Shown here: piece by piece, positions 31,674 through 41,957 of the stretch
How the letters are laid out: the number at the start of each line of letters is the position of its first letter
Numbering within the stretch: position 1 is the stretch's first letter
Source of the DNA: Alphaproteobacteria bacterium
GTDB taxonomy: Bacteria > Pseudomonadota > Alphaproteobacteria > UBA828
Direction of reading: 5' to 3'
Assembly (NCBI GenBank): GCA_965221125.1
Contig: CBDCRW010000004.1
Span: forward strand, 608,001-672,000
Length of the DNA stretch: 64,000 nucleotides
Notes under the pieces: generated by a model
The model's database searches: none
Told to the model about the DNA's origin: nothing
What the model saw: the letters and a program-made list of their open reading frames with translations, nothing else
Position numbers and translations under genes: made by a program

Positions 31674-31797
31674 CCTGGCCTTAGAAGCTCTTGGGCGGGG
31701 TTGGTGCGGAAAGTCGCCGAACTTGGTGCGGAAGATCGCTCTGCGATCTTCACGGTCGGCGACTTTCACGGCCCGCCCTAGAGCTTCTTGGGCCAGG
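31674..31797. promoter_or_regulatory. Long nested stem-loop upstream of the DUF2493 gene (candidate ssDNA promoter/ssi)
   Basis: Arms cctggcc/ggccagg, agaagctc.tgggcggg/cccgccc.agagcttct, gaaagtcgccga/tcggcgactttc and gaagatcgc/gcgatcttc. Confidence 0.5.
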
Positions 31798-32073
31798 CCG
31801 CAGGGAGCGCAGCGACCGGAGGACCCTTCAGGGTTGCTGGCGCGAGCACGTGTGGCACAATTGGACAGCACAGCGGGGTGGCGTAATTCTCTCCACCTGC
31901 ACGGACCCCATCGGCGGTTCCGCGCGGCACGGCGTCGGAAACGATCCCCGGACCTGTCGACCGCATTGGCAAGCGGAGCGCGCAGTCCGCGCCAGCGAGT
32001 GGAGATATGAGCGGAGAGCCCGGCCCGAAGGGGTCGCCCAACCTTCCTGCCCGCTTGTGCGACCGACCCGGCA

Positions 32074-32511
32074 TCACGCCACGTCCCGGACGGGCCTGAG
32101 ATGATCGAAATCGTCGGAGTTGGCGACGATGCAACGCTGCGGCCCGGCGATGTCGAAGATAAAGACGAGCGCATCGCCGGACCTGACGACAGCGTCGTAG
32201 AACGCGGTCCAGGCGTCGTCCTTCTCCTTGTGCTCTGACAGCACCTCGACCGGGAAGTCGACATCGTCGATGGCGTAGACGACGGTGCGGTCGGCGGTGG
32301 CGACCTGGAAGCGCGGCGGAACGACGGGATCGCTCTGCCAGAGGATGGCGCCGCTATCGCGATTGAAGACGACGGTCTTCAGATCGGGATCGGCGGCGAC
32401 GCGCCGTTTGACCTCGGCCCAGGCGGCGCAGCGGTCATTGATGCGGGCGGGTTCGTCGACGAGATCGATCCAGTCCTCATCGACGGTGCGGATGACGTAA
32501 CGGACGGCCAT
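32074..32511 (-). CDS. Hypothetical protein
   Basis: GGAGG SD before ATG 32511; globular-looking composition. Confidence 0.6.
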   Translation of the reverse strand: MAVRYVIRTVDEDWIDLVDEPARINDRCAAWAEVKRRVAADPDLKTVVFNRDSGAILWQSDPVVPPRFQVATADRTVVYAIDDVDFPVEVLSEHKEKDDAWTAFYDAVVRSGDALVFIFDIAGPQRCIVANSDDFDHLRPVRDVA

Positions 32512-33625
32512 GACCTCCTCCCTCTCTCTTCCGGTCGGCTTGCCCGACCCTCCGCTCTTCTCTTCCTCCACCGGACCGGGGGCCCGCTTCGGCCTGCGAG
32601 CCGGAGGCGCGGAAGAGCGGCGCGAAGCGGGCGCGGAGCGCCGCCGCGCCGATGTCGACCAGGTCGTCGTTGAAATCGTTGCCGGCGGGCACGATCACGG
32701 TGGCGGCGATGCCCGCCCGCGCGCAGCGCCGGGCGAGGCGCTCGGCCGCGAGCGCGCCGTCCTCGTCGTTGTCCCGCGCGATGACCAGCCGCGCGAGGCC
32801 GGGCGGAGGCGCGAAGGCGCCGAGGCTGCCGGCCGAGAGCGCGGCGGCAGCCGTGATCTCCGGCACGGCGGCGACCAGGGAGAGCACGGTCTCAATGCCC
32901 TCGCCGACGACGAGCGGAGCGTCGTCGGAGGGCGCGCCGAAGCGCACCGCGAGGCCGTGGATGCGGCCGAGCGCCTTGCGCGGCGCCGCGACGCCCGCCT
33001 TGGCGGGCGAGCGCGGATCGAGCCAGGTGCGTTGAACCCCGAGGATGCGGCCGTCGTCGCCGGTGACGGCGGCGACCAGCGCCGGGAACCGGCGCACCAG
33101 GGAGCCTTCGCGGTAGCGAAGCTCCGGGTGATAGCGCAGCGCCGCGAAGCGGCAGCGCGAAAGCCCCCGGGCGTGGAGATACCGCTCGGCATGGCTGCCG
33201 TCGATCGCACGGCAGCGCCGCCACAGGCGGCGCGCCGCCTCGGTTGCGTCGTAGGGCGCGTCCGAAATCGCGGTGGGCGAAGCCCCCGGACGGCAGGCCC
33301 CCGGATCGCGTCCGGGGCAGGCCGGCAGGGCGAGGAAGGCGCGCGCCTCGTCGAGCGCCGCGCGCAGCGTCGGCGCTCCCGAGCGGTAGCGGATCAGATC
33401 GAGCAGGTCGCCGTGTGTCCCCTGGGCCGCGTCGGTCCACTTCCCCGGCGTGCCGGGCCCGCGCAGGCGGACAAAGAGCGAGCGCCCGCGGGCGCCGTCG
33501 AGGTCGCCGCAGATCCAGTAGCGGCCCTGCCGGCGGCCGTTGGGGAGATAGCGCCGGCAGACGTCCTCGGCACGCGCGCCGAGCGCGGCGGCGATGGCGG
33601 CGGCGGGAGACGGGCCGTGGTGCAT
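32477..33625 (-). CDS. Toprim-domain primase-like protein
   Basis: N-terminal YLPNGRRQGRYW..GD, then VGEGIET and IARDND..G toprim motifs, and DFND. Confidence 0.85.
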   Translation of the reverse strand: MHHGPSPAAAIAAALGARAEDVCRRYLPNGRRQGRYWICGDLDGARGRSLFVRLRGPGTPGKWTDAAQGTHGDLLDLIRYRSGAPTLRAALDEARAFLALPACPGRDPGACRPGASPTAISDAPYDATEAARRLWRRCRAIDGSHAERYLHARGLSRCRFAALRYHPELRYREGSLVRRFPALVAAVTGDDGRILGVQRTWLDPRSPAKAGVAAPRKALGRIHGLAVRFGAPSDDAPLVVGEGIETVLSLVAAVPEITAAAALSAGSLGAFAPPPGLARLVIARDNDEDGALAAERLARRCARAGIAATVIVPAGNDFNDDLVDIGAAALRARFAPLFRASGSQAEAGPRSGGGREERRVGQADRKREGGGHGRPLRHPHRR

Positions 33626-33774
33626 GAGGGACCTCCTTCCGGGACATGCGGGACGCCCGATACCGGCCGGCCTCCGCCTCCGGCCGGCGCCCCCGGAACG
33701 GGTCCGGGGCAGGCTGCGGGCCGGCGGCATGAAAGGCCCGGCGCGGGAAGCGCCGGGCGGGAAGGGGGTAGGGT

Positions 33775-34326
33775 TCAGGCGCGGGATGCATCGGCCAGCC
33801 GACCGACGCGGATGCGGCCGGTCCAGGCGGCGGCGCGCGCGGCGGGATCGCCGTCGCGCAGTTGGTGGCGCAGCTCCATCCAGAGCCGCCCGAGCACGTT
33901 CGCGCCGCGGTAGCGGTTACCGTCCGGCTTCGCGCCCCACCAGGGGTCGCGGGACGAGACCTCGACGATCGCGCGCGCGCCGGTCGCGGCAAGCGCGGCG
34001 TCGATCGCGGCGGCGTCGGCCTCGCGCTTCATGCGCAGCACCCAGCGCATGACGTTCACCCGCTGCCCGTTCCAGCGCGGGTCGAGGCCGGCGGCTGTGC
34101 CGCGCCCGATGGCGGCCGCCTCGCGCGCCGTCGGCGCGCCGGCGATCCGGCGCTGCACCGCCGGGGCGGCGCCGAACTTGCAGGCCTGGTACAGGTGCTC
34201 GGACGTGGCAAACGTCCACGGTCCGGCGGCGATCGGCGCGGCCAGCGGCGCGAAGTTGCTGAACTCGCCCCAGGGGGCTTTCGTGAAACGAAAGCCGCAA
34301 ACCTCGTCGCGGTTGTAGATACGCAT
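33775..34326 (-). CDS. NADAR (YbiA-like) family protein
   Basis: FSNF, TSEHLYQACKF, IVEVSSRDPWWG and GANVLGRLWMELR motifs. Confidence 0.88.
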   Translation of the reverse strand: MRIYNRDEVCGFRFTKAPWGEFSNFAPLAAPIAAGPWTFATSEHLYQACKFGAAPAVQRRIAGAPTAREAAAIGRGTAAGLDPRWNGQRVNVMRWVLRMKREADAAAIDAALAATGARAIVEVSSRDPWWGAKPDGNRYRGANVLGRLWMELRHQLRDGDPAARAAAWTGRIRVGRLADASRA

Positions 34327-34465
34327 GGCGTCATCCTCCGTTGCCGGCGGCGGACTCCCTCCGGCCCTGCCGCGCTTCGCCCAGGCGCAAGCCAGCCTCC
34401 GCTCCCGCGGGCCGGCGGAGCGGCCCCGCGCAGCCCGGAGGGGACGCGCTCCGGTTCGAGAGCAG

Positions 34466-34499
34466 AAAAAAGGGGACCGACGCCGAAGCGCCGGTCCCC
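34466..34499 (-). terminator. Rho-independent terminator (originally downstream of the host ssb)
   Basis: Minus strand ggggaccggcgc-ttcg-gcgtcggtcccc-TTTTTT. Confidence 0.8.
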
Positions 34500-34765
34500 G
34501 AGGCAGGAGGGAGGAACGATGACGGAATCAGAATGGTTATGGGAAGTTGGACCGTGTAACGTTTGAGTGAGTGGTTTGATTCACAACGATCTTTTGGTGT
34601 TCCGGTGCCCTTCCGTGCGGATCTCTTGTAAACAATGCCGCCGAGATTGGCCCGATATGGGCGACATTGTTTACACTTTTGTCGTCGGCACCCGATGCGA
34701 GGCCAGGAAGGACGGGCCGACGCGCGAAGCGCCGGCCCGATCGGGAGTAGACGGCGATCATGCTC

Positions 34766-35185
34766 CTAGAACGGCGAATCGGAGGCATGGCCGGCTTCTG
34801 CCGGCCGGCGGTCGTCCTGGGTGGCGGCGGTGCCGTTGGTGCGCTCGAGGAACTGGATCCGCGAACCGGGCACCAGCAGGATCTCGGTGGAGAAGCGGTC
34901 GCTGTCCTCGCCCTCCTTCCGCCACCTGCGCGTCTGGAGCTTGCCGCTGACGTAGACCAGGCGACCCTTCTTCGCGTGCTTTTCGAGCATGCCGATGAGC
35001 CCGTCCTGGAAGGTCACCGCCTTGTGCCATTCCACGCGATCGACGCGCTCGCCGGTCTTGTCGATGTACCCCTCGTCGGTCGCCACGCTCATATTGGCGA
35101 CGCGCCCGCCGGACGTGAGATTGGTGATGGTCGCATCGGCGCCCAAGCGTCCGATGAGCTCAGCCCTGTTCATCCCGAAGCTCAT
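34766..35185 (-). CDS. ssb: Single-stranded DNA-binding protein (cargo copy)
   Basis: NRAELIGRLGAD, EWHK, GRLVYVSGKLQTRRW motifs; C-terminal DSPF. Confidence 0.9.
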   Translation of the reverse strand: MSFGMNRAELIGRLGADATITNLTSGGRVANMSVATDEGYIDKTGERVDRVEWHKAVTFQDGLIGMLEKHAKKGRLVYVSGKLQTRRWRKEGEDSDRFSTEILLVPGSRIQFLERTNGTAATQDDRRPAEAGHASDSPF

Positions 35186-35489
35186 GATCGTCTCCTGTTC
35201 ATCCGAGTTTCTGACGATGGTTGCGGAACGAAGCGGGCCGGGGGATCTCTCTCCCCGCCCTTCTCCGTTCATCCTCCTCCAGCCACTCTCCACCTCTGCC
35301 AGGCCCGGCGCCCCGGTGGCCGACAGGTAGCCGACGGCTTCACGGATCGCACGCGACGAGAGGCCGGCTGCGGCCGGGCGTGCGCCGGCATTGGAAGCCG
35401 CCAGGGCGCAGTTTTGATCAGGGGGGCGCGGGATGGGGGCGATCAGGGCGCGATGGGGCCAGCCGGCAGGCGGGTGTCGCTGAACGAGG

Positions 35490-37469
35490 TCATTGCCCGA
35501 TCGATCTCAAGCGCGACGCCAGGGTGATGTCGCGCTTCAGATTCCTTGGCGCCGTTGCGACGGCAGCGTCGAAGACGTTTCGGTCTCCGACGAAGACGAC
35601 CTGCTCCGAGGCCCGCGTGGCCGCGGTGTAGATCAGCGTTCTGTCGAGGATCCTGGACCGGTAGACGGGCACGATCACCAGGGGCCACTGCGAGCCCTGC
35701 GCCTTGTGCACGGAGATCGCGTAGGCGAGCTCGATGTTGGTGGCGTCGGCGGCGCCCAGCCGGTGCTCCTGGCTGTCGATGACCGCCGTCGCATGGTCCC
35801 GGTGCGCTTCGACGATACGGCCGGTGGAGCCGTTCATGAGGTCGCGCTCGTAGTCGTTGCGGGTCCAGATGACGGGATCGCCTTCGGCGATGTCGGCACG
35901 GCCGGGAACGAGACGGGGGGTATGGGCGCTGCCCTGCATCCGCAGTTCGTGGAACCGGCGGTTGATGGCGAGGATGCCCGCCGGTCCTGCGTTGACCGGC
36001 GCGACGATCTGAGCGTCGCCCCGGCGCAATCCGTTCTTGGCGAGCCGCGCGCCGGCATCGAAGATGACGTCGAACGCCTCCTCCGGGGCGGCGTCGATGA
36101 ACGTCACCCCCGGCGCCAGGCCGCGGAAGGGGCCGAGCTCCGGGCGGCGGCCGTTGCGAATGGCCTCGGCCACGACCGGTATCCCGGTCTCGGCCGATTG
36201 ACGCATCACGCGGTCGAGGACGGTCTTCGGGATGGCGGGATGTTCGATGAGCACGTGGAAGGTCAGGCCGAAGCCGATGGGCGGAAGCTGCGCGGGATCG
36301 CCGACGAGAACGAGGGAGGCGTCCCCGATGCGTCTCACCACCTGCCAGAGCAGGGGAAGGTCGACCATGGACGCCTCGTCGACGATGACGATGTTGCCTG
36401 CATGCAAGCGCGCACCCGCGCCGCCGGAGGTCTCCTTGAGGAAGCGGGCGATCGTCATCGCGGGGCGCCCCGCCGATTGGGCCATGCGCTGCGCCGCGCG
36501 GCCCGAGAGCGCGATGAGCACGGTGTCGCGGCCGAAGCGTTCCGCCAGCTCGCAGATGCCGCGCAGGGACGTGGTCTTGCCGGAGCCGGCATAGCCGCCC
36601 AGCACCGACAGCCGGTGCCGGAAGGCGCCCGCGATGGCGGCTTTCTGCGGGCCCGTGAGGCGGTGCGGCCGGCGGCGTTCATACTCGTCAACGGCGTGCC
36701 CGATCTCCTCGCCGGCAACAGCTGGCAAGGCCAGGTCGGACGCCGGAACTTCGGCGGCGAAGCGTGCGAGCTCTTCGGCAAGGAAGGCCTCCATGGCGGC
36801 CGCGCCCATGGGCTGAACGCCGTCCTCGAAGGGCTCGGCGCCGCCGGCTTCGACGGCGCTCTCGACCGCCCAGGGTCCGGCAGGGCTGCCGTCCGGAGCC
36901 GCTACGCCGGTGAGCAGCTTCGCGGCCCCGGCCTCTGCCGAGGCGCGGGACGTCCATGTATGGTTCCGGTCGAGGCGGCGGTAGAGGGTGGCCTCGACGG
37001 CGGCGACGGCGCGGCGGGGATCGTCGGGCGCGACGCCGAGAGCGCGGCAGACCCTGTCGGTTGCAGGCCAGGGCAGGAAGCTCGCGAGGAGGTAGGGATT
37101 GTCCTTCAGGGCGTCGATGCCGTCATGGCCCCAGCAGCGGGCGATCCTGATCGCGGTACGCGTCCCGACAGCGGGGGCGACCCCCCGGCTTTCCAGCCAG
37201 TCGAGAAGCTCGATCTCGGGGCTCTTCAACTCGTAGGCCGCGAACGCGTTGGTGGCGGTTTCCTCGCCGAGGATGGCGGTGACCTCGGGATGTTTCCGGT
37301 CGAGCGCGTTACGCAGGCCGTCGCCGAATGCGGCTGCCAGGGCAGCGGCCTTCGCGGGGCCGATGCCGCGGAAGTCCCGGTCCTCGGCAAGGTACGCCGC
37401 GAGCGCGCCGGGCCTTCGCGGCATCGGGGCCTCGACGGCGGCACGGGCGGCTGCGCCCGGCCGGCTCAT
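35490..37469 (-). CDS. RecD2-like SF1B helicase
   Basis: HhH GIGP, GYAGSGKTT, IVDEASMV, VGDPAQLPPI and YAISVHKAQGSQW motifs. Confidence 0.88.
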   Translation of the reverse strand: MSRPGAAARAAVEAPMPRRPGALAAYLAEDRDFRGIGPAKAAALAAAFGDGLRNALDRKHPEVTAILGEETATNAFAAYELKSPEIELLDWLESRGVAPAVGTRTAIRIARCWGHDGIDALKDNPYLLASFLPWPATDRVCRALGVAPDDPRRAVAAVEATLYRRLDRNHTWTSRASAEAGAAKLLTGVAAPDGSPAGPWAVESAVEAGGAEPFEDGVQPMGAAAMEAFLAEELARFAAEVPASDLALPAVAGEEIGHAVDEYERRRPHRLTGPQKAAIAGAFRHRLSVLGGYAGSGKTTSLRGICELAERFGRDTVLIALSGRAAQRMAQSAGRPAMTIARFLKETSGGAGARLHAGNIVIVDEASMVDLPLLWQVVRRIGDASLVLVGDPAQLPPIGFGLTFHVLIEHPAIPKTVLDRVMRQSAETGIPVVAEAIRNGRRPELGPFRGLAPGVTFIDAAPEEAFDVIFDAGARLAKNGLRRGDAQIVAPVNAGPAGILAINRRFHELRMQGSAHTPRLVPGRADIAEGDPVIWTRNDYERDLMNGSTGRIVEAHRDHATAVIDSQEHRLGAADATNIELAYAISVHKAQGSQWPLVIVPVYRSRILDRTLIYTAATRASEQVVFVGDRNVFDAAVATAPRNLKRDITLASRLRSIGQ

Positions 37470-38005
37470 TCGGACGTCTCGTCGAGCTGAAGGCGGCTCT
37501 GTCCGGGGCCGGAGTTCTCTTTCTCCGGCGGCCTGGGCCTGTAGCGGCGACCGGCGGCGATCAGCGCTTGATCGGTAGCCTCATAGCGCCTCAGGCGGGC
37601 GATGAGCGCCGCGTTCCTGGCGACCAGCTCGCTGACGCGGCGCTCGGCGGCCGCGCTGCGCCGCTGTTCCTCGCGCAGGCGGGAGGCCGGCACCATGGCC
37701 TCCCCGCCGGCGTCGCCCGGCGCCTCGACAGCTCCCGTGGTCTGGCGGTCGTGCACGGAGGGCGGCGATCCTCTGGCGGAGAAGGCCACGCCCTTCCGGC
37801 CGGCGTAGTCCTTGAGCATGGCGCGGAAGGACGGGTTCTGCGTCACCGTCGACCGGCCAACCCCGACCAGCTGGCAGATCTTCGCCAGATGGAGAGCCCG
37901 GCCGTTCATGGGCAAGGTCTCGCCGGCCGCCTCGCGCGCGTCGATCTCTTCGCGCAGGCGCAGCACCGCCTGCCGGCCGCGTTCCGCGCCGCTGCCCCTG
38001 CTCAT
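37466..38005 (-). CDS. Small HTH/coiled-coil protein (VPA1267-like)
   Basis: LHLAKICQLVGVGRSTVTQNP HTH-like segment plus a C-terminal coiled coil. Overlaps both neighbours by 4 bp. Confidence 0.55.
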   Translation of the reverse strand: MSRGSGAERGRQAVLRLREEIDAREAAGETLPMNGRALHLAKICQLVGVGRSTVTQNPSFRAMLKDYAGRKGVAFSARGSPPSVHDRQTTGAVEAPGDAGGEAMVPASRLREEQRRSAAAERRVSELVARNAALIARLRRYEATDQALIAAGRRYRPRPPEKENSGPGQSRLQLDETSE

Positions 38006-38421
38006 GCGTCATGCTCGCTATATTCTCGATCGACCGGCTGAAGCGGAGCGTCCAGCCGATGGTCGGGAATGCCGAGAACGTGCGTGTTGTAGGCCCAGAC
38101 GGCGAACCGGGTCATCATCGCCTCGTTCTCGGCGCGAAGCCGGCAGAGGTCCGCTTCCAGGGAATCGATGCGCTCGAGGAGGGCCGCTTCGGTGTCGGTC
38201 TTCGGTCTCGGCCGCCGCCCCGCCCCGCTGCCCCTGAGTTGCTCCCTGCGGGCCGCGAGCGCCGTCCTTATCCGTTCATGCCTGGACAGCGCCTGGCGCG
38301 AGTAGGCGTGGCCGAGCCGTCGCCGCGCCAGCCTCACGACCGCGCCCCACGTGGCCACCTCGAGCGTGCCGATGGTCCTGGCGAGCGTTTCGACGTTGGT
38401 CTCGGTGAGGTGCCGGGCCAT
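38002..38421 (-). CDS. GinD-like small coiled-coil accessory protein
   Basis: 139 aa; TW..VV..YSRQALSRHERI followed by a coiled coil. Directly after the third integrase. Confidence 0.6.
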   Translation of the reverse strand: MARHLTETNVETLARTIGTLEVATWGAVVRLARRRLGHAYSRQALSRHERIRTALAARREQLRGSGAGRRPRPKTDTEAALLERIDSLEADLCRLRAENEAMMTRFAVWAYNTHVLGIPDHRLDAPLQPVDREYSEHDA

Positions 38422-38422
38422 G

Positions 38423-40477
38423 TCACGGTTTCCGTAGCCGGGGTAAGGAATCGGGAGCCGGGCCGGGGCCGGGCAGGGCTTTCGCCGAACCGGCCCCGTC
38501 GCCGCCGATCGCATAGCGTGCCGCGCCGTCGAGCCTCAGGACGGCGCCCGGCGCGATCGCCGCGTCGTCGATCAGGGCGACGAGCTCGCGCAGGCGCGCA
38601 AGCTCGGTCCTCTTGCGGGAGAGCCAGATCTCCGAGTTGCCTTCGCCGATAGCTGCGGCCTCTTCCGCGGACGCGACAGCTTTCTGGATGACGGCTAGGC
38701 GGTCGCGCAGGGCGCGCTCGGCGCGCTCGTCTCCCTTGACGCAGGCGTGCTCGACGCAGTTCAGGCAGTCCCGGTACATCGGGCAGGGCGACGCCGCAAA
38801 GTCGTGCAGGCAGGCGCCGTAACGCGTCAGATGCACCCCGGCGAGACTGCCCTCGATCAGCTGCCGCGGGGTCACCGGCCGCTGAGGGGTTGCCGTCATC
38901 GGGCTGCCGAAGATGTCCCCGCCGAGAGAGCGCGCCTTGGAGACGAGGGAATCGGCGGTTTCGTGGTCGTAGTACGCGTTGTGCCGGATGTCCTTGCGGC
39001 CCGCCCATCTCGCGATGTCGAGCTGCGACAGGTTCCCCTCGTTCGCCAGCGTGGTCATGTAGTGGCGCAGCTGGTGAGGCGTGATGCGGACGGTCTCGCC
39101 ATCGTCGTCCACCAGCCCGAGACGGCCGAACAATCCAGCCTTTTGATCGCTCGTGCAGTCTCTCCCGTTCATGGTGTTCTTGATCTCGCTGGTCGAGACG
39201 CAGGAAAGGCGCCAGAAGAGAGTGCACGATTGCCGGGCCATGTCAGCGGTGCGTACGAGCAGCGCGCGGTCGTATCCGAGGCCGGATCTGGGATCGGCCA
39301 GCGGGAAGCCTTGCGGGAGCTCCGCCCGAAAGCCTTCTTCGATCGGCGCGCGGAGATAAAGCTTGGCGTTCATTGCGAGCTTGACGCCCAGCTGTGTTGC
39401 GTGGTCCGCGCGAACATCGAATCCGTTTCTGCGCAGCGCGACAAGCACGGTCCTCGGATCGGCGGCCGTTCCGAGACTCCTCATGCTGATGTAGCCCTCG
39501 CGGGCGAGAGGATCGTCCGGGGCGTCGCCCGGGAGGATGTCCTCGCCGGCCATGTACCTGCGCGCAAGCGCGCGGGCGGGCTCGGTGACGTCTCGAATGC
39601 GCTTCAGCGCGTCCCTCGCCAGCGGCACGAACGCGCTCGGGATCCAGCGCGTCTCGGGCTCGCCGCCCTTCGACGGATACCAGCGCAGGCCGTAGCGGTC
39701 CTTGCCGCTCTCGACGGCCTCCACTTCGCAATCGTAGGCGTCGAGCCGGTGCAGCTCGGAGATGCGGCTGTGCGTCACCAGGAGAAGGGCGTATGCGGAA
39801 GCGGCAATCACGTCCATTGGATGCTCGGCGCGGCGGTATGCCTCTCCGAGCGCGGCAAGCGCGCGTTCCGAGGGAAGTTTCCGGGCCCGAGCCCGCTCGC
39901 GTTCGACGCCGATGCGATCGAAGCTCGTCGGCCGCCTGATGGGGCAGGTCCAGACGAGAGGCCGCGCGACGAGGCCGTGATGGTCGAGAAAGCCGGCGAT
40001 CGCTTGAAGCTGCAGGCCGACGCGATACGCAGTGTGGCGGCTGTAAGCAGAGCGAGAGGCCGCGGCGGCGGCGTTGAAGTCGTCGGGCCGCGCGTCGGCA
40101 ATCGATTTGCCAGCTTCGGCGAGAGTCTTGTCGAGATGCCGCATCGCCGAGAGCATCAGCTGAGGGGCCATCTGTGGGGCAAGACCATACCTGTAGCGCA
40201 GGTACGCCTTGAAGAAGTCGGCGTTGCGGGCGCCGAACGGCGCGTAGTGCTCGATCGACCTTGGCGCTTTCTTCAGGGGATGACCCCAGTTGAGGCGAAG
40301 CACGCTCTTGCTGCGGCCCGACACAGTGGCAACTCCGCGCAGCTCCCATCTCGGCGCGTCCCAGTCGAGCTCGGCGCCGAACACCGTGAGGTCGTCGCGC
40401 GCATGACGGATGAACTCGGCGAGCCTCGCTTCGGCATCGAGCGCCTCCGCCGGCCGGAAGAGCGCGAGCTCAGCCAT
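38423..40477 (-). CDS. Large tyrosine recombinase (GinC-like)
   Basis: SRISEL, PHQLRHY, WAGRKD..NAYY catalytic pattern; C-terminal CxH..C..CxxC. Confidence 0.8.
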   Translation of the reverse strand: MAELALFRPAEALDAEARLAEFIRHARDDLTVFGAELDWDAPRWELRGVATVSGRSKSVLRLNWGHPLKKAPRSIEHYAPFGARNADFFKAYLRYRYGLAPQMAPQLMLSAMRHLDKTLAEAGKSIADARPDDFNAAAAASRSAYSRHTAYRVGLQLQAIAGFLDHHGLVARPLVWTCPIRRPTSFDRIGVERERARARKLPSERALAALGEAYRRAEHPMDVIAASAYALLLVTHSRISELHRLDAYDCEVEAVESGKDRYGLRWYPSKGGEPETRWIPSAFVPLARDALKRIRDVTEPARALARRYMAGEDILPGDAPDDPLAREGYISMRSLGTAADPRTVLVALRRNGFDVRADHATQLGVKLAMNAKLYLRAPIEEGFRAELPQGFPLADPRSGLGYDRALLVRTADMARQSCTLFWRLSCVSTSEIKNTMNGRDCTSDQKAGLFGRLGLVDDDGETVRITPHQLRHYMTTLANEGNLSQLDIARWAGRKDIRHNAYYDHETADSLVSKARSLGGDIFGSPMTATPQRPVTPRQLIEGSLAGVHLTRYGACLHDFAASPCPMYRDCLNCVEHACVKGDERAERALRDRLAVIQKAVASAEEAAAIGEGNSEIWLSRKRTELARLRELVALIDDAAIAPGAVLRLDGAARYAIGGDGAGSAKALPGPGPAPDSLPRLRKP

Positions 40478-41957
40478 GAGCCACCCCCGTCCGCATCGCG
40501 CGGCAACGATCGGCGACCTCCGCGACGGCCATGATGGTTGCGTCGTTGGCGGCGGCCACCTGCGGGGAGATCCCGTCCGCGAGAAGCGTCCTGCGCTCCT
40601 CGACCAGGGACTGCAGCAGATCCTCGTGAGGCGCGTCACGCCAGGGACGGAACGCGGCGCAGGTGTAGCATGCAAGCGGCGCCAGACGGACACAGCTGCG
40701 CGGGCCCGCGCAGGTTCCCACGCCTCCGCCGGCGGCGGACGCAACGCGACGCGACGGCGCTTCCCCGGCGCCGGATTCGACCTCGCCCGCAACGATCGTG
40801 CCCCTGAACAGCCCGGCCAGCGGCTCCGCCCGGCCATGAAGGGCGGCGTCCATGCGGTCCTGGATCGAGCCGCGCGACTCCACATACACGCCGACGTGCT
40901 GGAGGTCGGTGTGATCGAGAAGGTGAGCGATCAGAACAGGAGGGTGACCCACATCGGCAGCACGCGTCCCGAGAGTGCTCCGGAACCGCCGGGGCGCCAG
41001 GTTGATCGGAGCGGCAGTGCGCGCCGACCGAAGGCCGAGCGCGCTCTGGATGCGCCTCAGAGCGCGGCCGGCACCGCCCCTGCCGATGTGTGCCTCCGCG
41101 AGCGATGCGAAGGCGGTCGCCTCGACGGCAAAGATCGGACGCCGGTCGACCGGAATGCCCCGGAAGCGCTCGTCGCGGGATCGCTCCTCGACGAGTTCCC
41201 TAAGCAGAACGGCAAGCTCGCCAGGGATGACCCGCTCGCGCGTGAGGCGCTTCGGCGTCCTCTTCTTGAGAGACGGCACCAGGAGGCGAGATGCGGCCGA
41301 TCCCGGTGCAGGCGGAACCAGATCGCCACAAGTCAGCATCGACAGCTGGCCGGGCCGGGCCCCCGTTGCGGTCAGCGTGAGAAGAATGCCGAAGTCCTGC
41401 CTGCTCACGCGGCCCTCGCCATACGCCTCGCGTGCCGCAAGGGTGATGCTCTGCAACTCCACATCGGTGAAGGGACCCTTCGTGGGGTGGTGCGTGCGGA
41501 CGGCGGCGCCCTTGACGTTCCCGGGTATCTTGATGCTGCTGAAGAACTGCAGCACGTCGCGGTCGACCCCGGCGTAGCCGCGTGCGACCCAGAACTTCAG
41601 GAACGCCGCGACGTGGCCCAGATAGTGCAGTTGCTCGCGAGCGAGCAGCGACCGGTAGTCCATGAGAGCCGCCGCAGAGATGGTGGCGCCGACCGGGACA
41701 TCCCGCGCCATTCTTGCGAGGGCCTGGACGCCCCCCAACACGGTGTCGGGGGAGCGATCTTCCATGTAGGCAAGGGCAGCCTGCTTGACGTTGTCGGCGT
41801 GCCCGGCGCCCCAATGATCTCGTATCGGCTTGAAGGAGATGCGGGTCACGCCCTTCTCCAGCACGATCTTCCAGACGTCGCCGCCGGAATCGAATCCCGC
41901 ATGGATGCCGCGCTCTCGCGGAGCGCCGGCAGGCTGCAATCCGCCCGGACTACTCAC
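40470..41957 (-). CDS. Tyrosine recombinase (GinB-like)
   Basis: TGARPGQL, PRRFRSTLGT, LLDH..VGVY; C-terminal C..C..CYTC. Confidence 0.82.
   Translation of the reverse strand: MSSPGGLQPAGAPRERGIHAGFDSGGDVWKIVLEKGVTRISFKPIRDHWGAGHADNVKQAALAYMEDRSPDTVLGGVQALARMARDVPVGATISAAALMDYRSLLAREQLHYLGHVAAFLKFWVARGYAGVDRDVLQFFSSIKIPGNVKGAAVRTHHPTKGPFTDVELQSITLAAREAYGEGRVSRQDFGILLTLTATGARPGQLSMLTCGDLVPPAPGSAASRLLVPSLKKRTPKRLTRERVIPGELAVLLRELVEERSRDERFRGIPVDRRPIFAVEATAFASLAEAHIGRGGAGRALRRIQSALGLRSARTAAPINLAPRRFRSTLGTRAADVGHPPVLIAHLLDHTDLQHVGVYVESRGSIQDRMDAALHGRAEPLAGLFRGTIVAGEVESGAGEAPSRRVASAAGGGVGTCAGPRSCVRLAPLACYTCAAFRPWRDAPHEDLLQSLVEERRTLLADGISPQVAAANDATIMAVAEVADRCRAMRTGVAHG

Noticed and set aside
28696-32010. 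ORFs 28696..30282, 29499..30461 and 30247..32010
   Set aside because: They overlap real genes on the opposite strand or the iteron region; the repeated RYTR/DTR peptides just reflect the DNA repeats.
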